In this document: positions 30,801 through 40,215 of the stretch, piece by piece
Position numbering within the stretch: the stretch's first letter is position 1
Layout of the letters: every line of letters starts with the position of its first letter
NCBI GenBank assembly: GCA_963731785.1
Contig: CAVSWX010000021.1
Location: 1,893-65,892 of the forward strand
Direction of reading: 5' to 3'
Source: an uncultured Acidobacteriota bacterium
Lineage (GTDB): Bacteria; Acidobacteriota; Vicinamibacteria; Vicinamibacterales; UBA2999
Length of the DNA stretch: 64,000 nt
The notes under the pieces: generated by a model
Seen by the model: only the letters and a program-made list of their open reading frames with translations
Database searches by the model: none
What the model was told of the DNA's origin: nothing
Translations under genes and position numbers: made by a program

Positions 30801-31968
30801 TCAGAAGCCGAAGTGGCCCTGGAAGAACACCGAATGCGCGTCGAGGCCGCGAGCCCTCGACACGTTTGTAGCCGACGTCCACCGGGGTGTGCCCGCCAAC
30901 GAGATACGACACGCTGGCGATGACGAGCCACGGCGCCGGCCGGTCTTCGGCTGCCGGCGAGCCGAGCGGGACCGTGTGCAGGAATTTGCCGTTCAGCGAC
31001 GTGCGCGAGGTCAGCGCGTAGCCGCCGACCACGCCGTAGGCGAGGTCCCAGGCCACCCCGCGCTCGTTGACCGCGTCGGCGAGCATCCGCATTTCGTCGG
31101 CGATGAGGCCGGTGGGCACCAGGCTCTTCGACGCCTGCAGCAGTCCGGCGCCGGCAATACGGACCTTGTCGAAGTCCTTGTGCGCCGACGACCAGACACC
31201 GCCGCCGAGATCGAACGAGCCGAAATCGAGCGTGTCGCCGTGCGCGTAGAGCGCACCGTAGCGAGCGTTGACGCCGACCCGTACGGGCAGCGGCGCTTCG
31301 ATCTCGATCGATGGATGGTAATCGGCGCCGACGGAGAAGGAACGCGTGCTGGTCTGCCGCAGCGTCCCGAGGTTCTCGTGCTGCTGGGTGACGCGGCCCT
31401 GGATGCCCATGTGGATCCCTTCGAGCCGGTAGAGGCCTTGCCAGGCGTGGCCGGTCTGGCCCGGCGTGTCGATCTGCTCGAACTCGAGCAGCCCGGCGGC
31501 GGTTCCGCGAACCATCGCGTTGCCGCGGCGCACGGCGGTGATGTCGAGCGCGGTCGTCAGCAGGAACTGCTGCGAGTAGGTCTGGGCCGCGTCGCGGCCG
31601 GTGACGCTCTCGGAGATGCTCGAGGGGAAGAGCAGCGCGAGGATCGCGCCGGCGTTGTCGTTCACCCAGCGGTTGAAGGCCGCGCGCGAGGGGTCGAGGT
31701 CGGCCGGGAGACTCGAGGGACTGGCCGTTGCGCGAGATGCGGAAAGCGGAAATCTGGTCAGCCGCGCCGAGCGACGCGCCCACGCCGTCCAGATTGAGCA
31801 CGGTGGCCTCGATGGTGCCGCCGTAGATCTGGCCGTTGACGATCTGGACCGGCGCATCCTCGACGCCGTTCCACAGGGCCAGGACCGCGTCGCCGATGGA
31901 ATTCTGCGCGGAGAGCCGGGGCCGCGCCGATGAGAAGTGCTCCGACGAGGGCCGACCGCGAACTTCAT
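30801..31968 (-). CDS. outer-membrane beta-barrel protein (several apparent frameshifts), first gene of the caspase operon
   Basis: ATG 31966-31968 (MKF...). A shifted frame gives the signal-like ALVGALLIGAAPALRAE. The long middle part lies in the frame of ORF 29365..31983 (...GLYRLEGIHMGIQGRV...SFSVGADYHPSIEIEA...VRVGVNARYGALYAHG...WDLAYGVVGGYALTS...). A third frame ends ...LDAHSVFFQGHFGF* with stop TCA 30801-30803, the aromatic C-terminus typical of OMPs. Confidence 0.55.
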
Positions 31969-32093
31969 GACGTTGTCCTCCACGCGGCGGGAACAGCCGC
32001 TCTATGAAGGACAACGGGAGAGGTGCCCGGACCGCACAGCAGTGCGGTCCGGGGCAGAGGGGCTTGAAACGGGCGCCCTGGGGCCCGTGGAAT

Positions 32094-32910
32094 CTACGAC
32101 TTCTTCGTGGCGCTCCAGCTCGCGCCGGCGCTGGTCGTGCCCTTCATCGAGTTGCCGTTCACCTTGCCGGTGTAGGTGGCGCCGTTGGCCGCGAAGGAGA
32201 TGTCCTCACCCGTCAGGCGGCCGTTGCTGATCGGCGCCGAGCCCATGCGTGCCGCCGAGCACCTGGAACTCCTGCGTGAGGGTGAGCGTGTTGGTGCCGA
32301 GCTGCCAGGTGCCCGCGGCCTTGGCCGGCACGATCCACAGGTAGGCCGTGCACCAGCTGGTGCAGTCGCCGGTCACCGACGGCGGTCTCGTCGGCCTGCC
32401 AGGTGTCCATCGTGAACGAGTTCGACACGATGCGCGTGCCCGGCTTCATGTTCAGGATGGTCGGCCGCAGCCGCAGGTTGATCGACGGCAGCAGGAACAT
32501 CGTGACGACCTGCGCCTTCGAGAAGTCGGTCTCGAAGAGGTCGGCCTTGACGAAGGTCGCCTTGTCGCGACGCCGGCCGCGGTCGGCGTTGCGCTTCGAC
32601 AGCTCCACCATGTCGGGGTTGTATTCGATGCCCTGCGCCTTCAGGCCGCGCTTGGCGGCGGTGATGACCGTGCGGCCGTCGCCCGAGCCGAGGTCGATCA
32701 GGTAATCCTGCGGCGTGACCTTGGCCAGGTCGAGCATCTTCTCGACCAGCGCCTGCGGCGTGGGCACCCACACCACGTCCTTGCCCGGCTGTCCGACGCT
32801 CGGCTCGAACGGCTTGGTGCCGGGCGCGGCCTGGGCCAGGGCCAGCGACGAAACCACGCACGAGAGAGCAGCCGTCAGACGGCAACGCGAACAGAACGGG
32901 ACACGAGCAT
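32094..32910 (-). CDS. secreted class I SAM-dependent methyltransferase with a Cys-containing C-terminal beta domain (apparent frameshifts)
   Basis: ORF 32213..32956: signal LTAALSCVVSSLALAQA, then VVWVPTPQALVEKMLDLAKVTPQDYLIDLGSGDGRTVITAAKRGLKAQGIEYNPDMV (motif I) ...VVTMFLLPSINLRLRP...GTRIVSNSF. My own translation of the next frame gives TGDCTSWCTAYLWIVPAKAAGTWQLG...ISNGRLTGEDISFAANGATYTGKVNGNSMKGTTSAGASWSATKKS*, with stop at 32094-32096. Confidence 0.65.
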
Positions 32911-33145
32911 CACGGTCGTCTCCAGGATGAAAGCGAAATGGCCGCCGGCCGCACACACGCGGTCCGGTCCGGCTCGAAGCGGAAATACGATTACTCGCGC
33001 GGGCACCGTTTCACCAAATGTTTCTTGCGGCGCATAAGCGGCGAATCGCCGCAAACAGCTGAGCTCGTGCGACTTCCGCTTGATTCGGCGCCAGTTCTGC
33101 AGTTCGATAACGCGCCATGCAGAGGTCGATCTCCGGGACGCCCGC

Positions 33146-36021
33146 ATGAGCATGCAGGCACCGGCGACGCCGGTCACGTCCGAACGAGGTCCACGCCCGC
33201 GAGCGCAGCCATCACCTCGAGAAGTCGCCTGACGAGCCGCTGGTCGGGCTCGCGCTCTCGGGCGGCGGCATCCGCAGCGCCATGTTTCGGGCTCGGCGTG
33301 CTGCAGGCGCTGCATAAGCTGGAGCTCTTCCGAGCACCTCGACTACGTCTCCACCGTGTCGGGCGGCGGCTATATCGGCGGCTGGCTCCAGGCCGCCGTT
33401 GGCCAACGGGCGGCTGGCCGCGCCATCGAGCTCGAACGGCGAGGAGCCGCGCGAGATCCGCTTCCTTCGCGCCTACAGCAACTACCTCACGCCGAAGCTG
33501 GGGCTGTTCAGCGGCGACACCTGGGCGGCGGTCGGCAACAGCCTGCGCAACCTGATTCTCAACTTCACGATTCTGAGCCTCTCGCTGCTCGCGCCGCTCT
33601 ACCTGCCGTGGCTGGCTGCGGCCGTGTTCTGGGCAGCTCGTGCCCGACCCCGGCCGACGTGCCGCTGGCTGGTCGGCGGCCGCGGGGCTGCTGTTCGCGC
33701 TGGTCGTGGCGGCGAGCATCGCGAACATGGCGCGGCCGCTGCGCGCGGCGGCCGGCACCACGTCGGGCGCCTCGCACGGCGACCGCGCACGGGTGTATGC
33801 CACGGTGATCGTCCCGGCGCTCGTGGCGACCTGGCTCGTCAGCACCGTGATGTGGGCGTGGGCCCGCGACCGGCTGACTTCCGAGCGGCGCGGACCGGGC
33901 TGGACGCCGCGCTGGCGGTGCGCTGGGCTACGCCGCCGTGTGGACGGCCGGTCTCGTCGCCGGCTTCAGGTGGCGGCGATCGGGCGCGGCCTCTCGCAGA
34001 CGCGAGCACTGCGTGGTACGTGCGCGTCCATCCGGCGTCGGTCTGGTGCTGGTGGTCAGCGGCGCCGTGGCCGGGTGGCTCGGCACGTTCCTCATGGGGC
34101 TGGCGACGCACGCGCTGGCGTTCGGCCGCGAGGCCGGGGCGCAGTCGTGGCTGGCCGGGCTGCTGGCGTTTCCGATCGTGCCTCGTGCCTGATGCTGGCG
34201 GTGTCGGCACACATCGGCTCTGGCCGGCGATGCCATGTCGGACGGGACGCGCGAGTGGTGGGGACGGGTCGGCGGCGTGCAGCTGCTGATCTCGCTCGTC
34301 CTGATCGTCGTCGGCGCTGCTGGCCCTGCGTCGGCCCGCACATCTTCGATCTGCATGCGCCAGCATGGCGGCCTGGCTCGATCATGCACGAGATCTCGGT
34401 CGAAGACGGCGCTCGAGTGCGGCGTGGGCCGTGCTCACCGGCGACCGGCGTGCTGGCGGGCCGCTCGCAGCAGACGGGGACCGGGCGGCGGCAACCGCCT
34501 GCTCGAACTGGCGGGCCGGGTCGGCGCCGGTGGTGTTCGTGTTCGGCTACCTGCTCATCCTCGCGACGCTTCATGCACCGCGCCGTCCCGCAGTGTCGCC
34601 GATCGCGTCCTGGCGGCGACGGCATTCCGCGACCTTCTCGCTGTGCGAGGTCGAAGCGCACCTGCAGGCGCGGCCGCCAGCGGCCGGCCGCTGGGCCGAC
34701 GTGCTCGCGGCCGGATAGGCGCCGCGGCGGCGCCGCTGCCGATGGGACGCCGGGATGCCGGCGTGCAGCGCCGTGTGCACGCGGCGCCGCCGGCGGCGCA
34801 TCGGCGGGCTGCTGTTGATGCTGCTCGAGCTCGGGCGTGCTGGCCTGGCTGATGTCGTGGCAGGTCAACCTGAACGAGTTCTCGCTCCACACGTTCTATC
34901 GCAACCGCCTGGTGCGCTGCTTCCTCGGCGCCTCGCGCACGCGCGACGCCGCATCCGTTCACCGGGTTCGACGACAAGGACGACGTGCCCCTGGCGGAGC
35001 TGGCCACCCGACGCGCCCGACGGCCGCATCCGGCCGTATCCGATCTTCAACGCCGCCATCAACCTGGTGGCGGGCAAGAACCTCGCGTGGCAGGAGCGCA
35101 AGGCGGCATCGTTCGTGTTCACGCCGGAGTACTGCGGGTTCGAATACCGCGACGACGACGATCCGCCCGCCGAGCGGAAGGCGGCGGCGACGCGCGCCGC
35201 GGAGGACCGCGGCGGTGCAGCAGAAGGCGGACGACAGCGGCGTGGTCACGCGCCGGCCCGCGACGCCGGCGTGAAGCGCCTCAGCGCCTACGCACGTACG
35301 TCGCGAGCACGCCGAGCGATCCGCCGCTCGCTCACGATGGGGCTGGCCATCGCCACCTCGGGCGCCGCCGCCTCGCCCAACATGGGCTACCACTGCTCGC
35401 CGACGCTGGCGTTCCTGATGACGGTGTTCAACGTCCGTCTGGGCTGGTGGCTGCGCAATCCGCGCTTCCCGAGCCGTGTGGACCGACGCGAAGCACCCGC
35501 CTGTCGCTGCGCGAGCTGCTCTACGAGCTGCTCGGCATGACGACCGACGACAAGAAGTGGGTGTATCTCTCGGACGGCGGCCACTTCGAGAACCTCGGCG
35601 TCTACGAGCTGGTGCGGCGCCGCTGCCGGCTGATCATCGCCTGCGATGCCGGACAGGACGGCGACGTCACCTTCGAGGATCTCGGCAACGCCATCGAGCG
35701 GTGCCGCGCCGACTTCGGCGTGAACATCGAGATCGATCTGGGCAACCTGCGCGCCCGGCGCCGATGCCGCTCGCGAATGGCACTGCGCGATCGGCACCAT
35801 CCGCTACGACCGCCTGCCGCCGCGTGAAGGAGGGCGACCCCGCTCGAGGTGCCGGGGACGCTGCTCTACATCAAGACGCTCGCTCACCGGCGACGAGCCG
35901 GCCGACGTCCTCCGCTACGCCGCCGAGCACCCGGCCTTTCCCCACGAGTCCACGCAGCGACCAGTTCTTCGACGAGTCGCAGTTCGAGAGCTACCGCGCG
36001 CTGGGCTTCCACGCCGTCTGA
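33146..36021 (+). CDS. patatin-like phospholipase with a large polytopic membrane insertion between the Ser and Asp motifs (many apparent frameshifts)
   Basis: Joined fragments: LVGLALSGGGIRSAMF (oxyanion GGGxR, 33261-33275), DYVSTVSGGGYIGGW (nucleophile Ser codon 33359-33361), REIRFLRAYSNYLTPKLGLFSGDTW. About 8 hydrophobic segments follow across 33540-34860. Then NLNEFSLHTFYRNRLVRCFLGAS, YPIFNAAINLVAGKNLAWQERKAASFVFTP, LAIATSGAAASPNMGYH, WVYLSDGGHFENLGVYELVRRRCRLIIACDAGQD (Asp codon 35573-35575), and ...FPHEST.DQFFDESQFESYRALGFHAV, with TGA at 36019-36021. Confidence 0.75.
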
Positions 36022-37163
36022 CGAGGCGTTCAGCAGCGCCTTCGCGCGCCGAGGAGTGCCGCCGCGCTCGCCGACGTCGAGATCTTCACGCTGCTGCGGC
36101 AGCGCTGGGGCAAGCCGGCGCCGGCGCCGCCCGACGCGCTGCGGAAGTACTCCGGCGGCGCTCGAGCGCATCTGGACCACCGTCCGCACCACGGAGAGCC
36201 TCACGTTCCTCGACAGCCAGATGTTCCCGGAGATGCCGGCGCTCATGGGCGTGCCGCACGGCCGCATGCACCGGAGCAGCCGGGACGGCCGCGCCGGTAC
36301 CCGACGTCAACTACTGGCTGCCGCCATCGGACGAGGAGCGCCGCGAGGGCTTCTACGTCTGCGTCCAGATGCTGCAGCTGATGGAGGACGTGTTCCTCGA
36401 CTTCGACCTCGACGAGCACTACGACCACATCGACAACCGCGGCTGGATGAACCTGTTCCAGCACTGGGCGTGGTCGGGCATGCTGTGCGCGACCTGGGCG
36501 ATGACCGGCTCCACGTTCGACCCGCGGTTCCAGCGGTTCTGCATGGACGCGGCTCGATCTGCGGCCCGGGCGTCCCTTCGGTGGCCGACATGCAGGCGGC
36601 CATCACGTTGCCCGACCCCGATCGAGTGGCGGCAGTGGAGCCTGGCCGGCGAACGCGGCGCAGCACGGACGCTGCTCGCCGAGTGGCAGAGCCGCGACGG
36701 TCTCAATTTCTGGGAAGCCGAGCTCGTGGACGAAGTACATGCGCGCCACCCGGCACCCGGTGCAGCGGCTGTTTCCGATTTACGTCACGGTCGAGAGCCC
36801 GCGCCGGTCCGACGGCAATCCCGCTGCGCTTCAACGTCGGCTACATCATCGGCGACGTCGTGGTGGCGCCGGGCGTGGCTCCGCGCGTTCGTCCTGCACT
36901 ACATGCGCATCCAGAACCACCTGCGGAAGATGGGGCTGGCCCGCGACGCGCTCATGTCGCTGCGGCGGACGCTCGGCGTCGAGATCGACGTCGGCGATCC
37001 GTTGTTCGACCCTGCGCGTCGCCGACGGCACGGCCTCGGACGAAGCGCTGCCGTCGGCCGACGCGGCTCGTGCGCCTGCGCGCCATCGTCCGTTCGCTCC
37101 CGCGTATGTGAGCGGCGCGCGCCGCCTGACCCCGCCGACGGCTCGGGTACAATGACGCGCTGA
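36022..37163 (+). CDS. unassigned coding region: either a C-terminal extension of the patatin protein or a separate gene (frameshifted)
   Basis: Protein-like strings are spread over three frames: LADVEIFTLLRQRWGKPAPAPPDALRKY; ALERIWTTVRTTESLTFLDSQMFPEMPALMG; EGFYVCVQMLQLMEDVFLDFDLDEHYDHIDNRGWMNLFQHWAWSGMLCATWAMTGSTFDPRFQRFCMD; LAEWQSRDGLNFWEAELVDEVH; RFNVGYIIGDVVVAPG; FVLHYMRIQNHLRKMGLARDALMSLRRTLGVEIDV. No family recognised. Confidence 0.35.
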
Positions 37164-38241
37164 TGACCTATACCCCAATCGAAAGAATGCGCGCGGCGCG
37201 CGCGCTGCGTCGCGGCCTGGCGATTGCCGCCGTGGCGCTCCGGCCGCCGGTCTCGGCGCCCCGGCGGGCAGGCGGCAGCGGCACAAGGCGCGCCCGGGCG
37301 CACCGCGGCCCCTCCCGCACCACGCGACCGCCATCCCCCTCGAGGTCGTGCAACTTACGGCCCGAGTTCTACGCCATCGTCGGCGCCGGCGCCAACATCG
37401 CCGTGCAGTTCGGGCCCGACGGCGTGGTCGTCGTGGACACCGGGTCGGGCGAGCGGTCGGCCGACGTCGTCGCCGAGATCAGGAAGCTCACGCCGCGGCC
37501 CGATCCGCTACATCATCAACACCAGCGCCCACCGCGATCACGTCGGCGGCAACGACGAGCTGTCGAAGGCGGGGCAGTCGGTGATTCCCACCGGCGGTCT
37601 CAACGAGATCGGCGCCGCCGGCGGGCGCGCGCCCATCCTGGCCGAGGAGCACGTGCAGGCGGCGATGACCGCGCCGCACCGGCGAGCAGGCGCCGTTTCC
37701 CGTCGGCGCGTGGCCGACGGTGACCTACTCGTCGGACCTGATGGAAACGCAGAAGGACCTCTACTTCAACGGCGAGGCCATCATCACGAGCTACCAGCCC
37801 AACGCCTATCTCGGACGGCGACAGCGTGGTGTTCTTCCGCCGCTCGGACGTGGTCGTGACCGGCGAGGTCTACGACCCGACGCGGTTCCCGCGCATCGAT
37901 CTCGAGAAGGGCGGCAGCATCCAGGGCGTGATCGACGCGCTCAACCGCATCATCGCCATCACCGTGCCGCCGATTCCGCTGGTCTGGCAGGAGGGCGGCA
38001 CGATCGTCGTCGGCGCGCACGGCGTCATCGGCCACGAGGCCGACGTGGTGGACTACCGCGACATGGTGACGATCGTCCGCGACCGCGTGCAGGACGGGAT
38101 CAAGAAGGGGCAGACGCTGGCGCAGATTCGGCAGGCCGATCCGGTCAAGGGCTATCGCCGGCCGCTTCGGCGCCGACAGCGGGCCCGTGGACGACCAACC
38201 AGTTCATCGAGGCGGTCTACAAGAGCCTCGGAGGCAAGTAG
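37163..38241 (+). CDS. MBL-fold metallo-hydrolase, secreted (several apparent frameshifts)
   Basis: EFYAIVGAGANIAVQFGPDGVVVVDTGSGERSADVVAEIRKLT / IRYIINTSAHRDHVGGNDELSKAG (HxHxDH-like motif with the first His as Ser) / DSVVFFRRSDVVVTGEVYD...GTIVVGAHGVIGHEADVVDYRDMV / ...WTTNQFIEAVYKSLGGK*. These fragments come from ORFs 37163.., 37224.., 37720.. and 37826... Confidence 0.7.
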
Positions 38242-39131
38242 TGAGGACCCTTAGCCGCACCCTCCAGGCTGGCGCCGCCATCGCCATGGCCGCGTTGACG
38301 TTCGCCAGCCTTGCCGCGCAGGGCCGCGGCGCCGCGCCCGCGCCGCCGGCCGCACCGGCGCCCGCTGCGCCGGCCGCGGCGCCAGGGCCGTGGCGAGCGG
38401 GCGGCCGCGGCGAGGCCCGCCGCCGACCGCGCGCGCCGCCGCGCCGATCGATCTCACCGGCTACTGGGTGTCGGTCATCACCGAGGACTGGCGCTGGCGC
38501 ATGGTCACGCCGCCGAAGGGCGACTACGCGAGCGTGCCGATCAACATGGACGCGAAGAAGGTCGGCCGACGTGTGGGACCCGGCGAAGGACGAAGCGGCC
38601 GGCGAGGCGTGCAAGGCGCTACGGCGCGCCCGGCCTGATGCGCCTGCCGACGCGTCTGCACATCACCTGGCAGGACGACAACACGATGAAGATGGAGGCC
38701 GACGCCGGCACGCAGACGCGGCTCTTCCACTTCGGCGACTGGAAGGCTCCGGGCGGCGCGCCGACGCTGCAGGGCGACACCACCGCGCAGTGGGAAACCG
38801 GCGCGCGCGGCCGCGGCGCCAACCAGCCGCCGCCGATGTTCGGCAACCTGAAGACGGTGACGAAGAACCTGCGCCCGGGCTACCTGCGGAAGAACGGCGT
38901 GCCCTACAGCGACAAGACGACGCTGACCGAATACTGGGACCTCGCCAGGCAGCCCAACGGCGACCAGTGGATCATCGTCACCACCGTCGTCGAGGACCCC
39001 ACCTACCTCGCGCGGACCTGGATCACCAGCCTCAACTTCAAGAAGGAACCCAACGGGTCGAAGTGGGATCCGTCATGCCGTCAGGTGCTGCGGGTCAAGA
39101 CCGCCTCAGGGAACCCCAGAGATGCAGATGA
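38241..39131 (+). CDS. secreted hypothetical protein, distant member of the D-[LF]-[ST]-G-x-[WY] family (apparent frameshifts)
   Basis: GTG 38241 overlaps the upstream stop. Signal AIAMAALTFASLAAQG, then PIDLTGYWVSVITEDWRWRMVTPPKGDYASVPINMDAKKVG (ORF 38390..). Then GAPGLMRLPTRLHITWQDDNTMKMEADAGTQTRLFHFG...PGYLRKNGVPYSDKTTLTEYWDL...IIVTTVVEDPTYLARTWITSLNFKKEPNGSKWDPS (ORF 38311..). Confidence 0.55.
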   Translation: MRTLSRTLQAGAAIAMAALTFASLAAQGRGAAPAPPAAPAPAAPAAAPGPWRAGGRGEARRRPRAPPRRSISPATGCRSSPRTGAGAWSRRRRATTRACRSTWTRRRSADVWDPAKDEAAGEACKALRRARPDAPADASAHHLAGRQHDEDGGRRRHADAALPLRRLEGSGRRADAAGRHHRAVGNRRARPRRQPAAADVRQPEDGDEEPAPGLPAEERRALQRQDDADRILGPRQAAQRRPVDHRHHRRRGPHLPRADLDHQPQLQEGTQRVEVGSVMPSGAAGQDRLREPQRCR

Positions 39132-40199
39132 CACGCACCGCTGCCACCGCGCTTCACGCTCGTCTCGCTTCATGACCGTCCGCGCCCGCCTTCGCCCAGG
39201 GCGGCGGCGTGGCCGAAGCCGCAGGCCGCGGGTGCAGGGGAGCCTCATCGACCTCTCCGGCACGTGGGCCAACCGCCTGCACGAGGACTGGATCGAGCGC
39301 GCGCCCGGCCCGCACATCGGCGACTACACCGGCCTGCCGATCAACGACGAGGCGCGGGCCATCGCCGACGCCTACCAGGTGTCGATGCAGAACATGCCCG
39401 AGCGGCAGTGCATCCTCTACACCTCGCAGTACATCGTGATGGGGCCGCAGAACCTGCGCATCCAGCAGGAGCTCGATCCGATTACGGGCGGCCGTGGTGG
39501 CCTACCAGTTGAGCGGCACGGTGGATCGCCCGCCGCACACCATCTGGATGGACGGCCGCGCCGCACCCGTCGGCCAACGCGCCGCACACGGCGGGCGGCT
39601 TCTCCACCGGCACAGTGGGAAGGCGCGGATGCTGACCGTGACCACCACGCACCTGAAGACCGGGCTGGTGTGGCGCAACGGCGTGCCGCACAGCGACCAG
39701 GCGACGATGGTGGAGCACTACATCCGCCACGAGAACATGCTCACGGTGACGATGATCCTCACCGACCCGATCTACTGGGAGGAGCCGTTCATCCGCAGCG
39801 CCACGTTCGAGCTCGACGCCAACACGCGCGTGCTGCCCGAGCCGTGCGAGCCGCAGGTGGAGATTCCGCGCAGCCCCGGGCGAGGTGCCGCACTACCTGC
39901 CGGGCGCCAACCCGTACCTGACGGAGTTCCCGAAGCTGTACAACCTGCCGATGGAAGCCGCGCGCGGCGGCGCGGAGACGACCTATCCGGAGTACGGCAA
40001 GGAGCTGCGCACCACCTACAAGGCGCCCGACAAGTGCACGGTGTACTGCTGCGGCGGGCACCACGCTGGCGATGATGAACAACTCGCAGGCGGTGTGCCG
40101 CGCGGACGACCCGCCGGCAGCACCGGCCGGCGCGCGGCGCTGGCACCCGACGCCGCCCGCGGTCCGACGCCGGCTCCGCGGCAGGAGTCAAGGCCCTGA
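39122..40199 (+). CDS. secreted hypothetical protein, member of the same family as 1315..2140 and 9232..10110 (apparent frameshifts; ends approximate)
   Basis: ATG 39122/39128, then LIDLSGTWANRLHEDWIERAPGPHIGDYTGLPINDEARAIADAYQ...QCILYTSQYIVMGPQNLRIQQELDPITG. ORF 39494.. follows (VVAYQLSGTVDRPPHTIWMDGR...MLTVTTTHLKTGLVWRNGVPHSDQATMVEHYIRHENMLTVTMILTDPIYWEEPFIRS). Then EVPHYLPGANPYLTEFPKLYNLPMEAARGG... Confidence 0.55.
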
Positions 40200-40215
40200 G
40201 CCTGAGTCCTATACT

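Noticed and set aside
29365-31983. 872-aa ORF suggesting one giant OMP-caspase fusion protein
   Set aside because: The OMP-like part ends with a typical ...FFQGHFGF* in another frame (stop 30801-30803). The stretch 29800-30700 in this frame is Arg-rich nonsense, while the caspase N-terminal half is readable in ORF 29778..30566. It is better explained as two genes plus indels.
35849-37111. 420-aa ORF as a bona fide gene downstream of the patatin gene
   Set aside because: Only short parts of this frame look protein-like. The convincing segments are distributed over three frames (see feature 36022..37163), so the ORF as given is not the real gene model.
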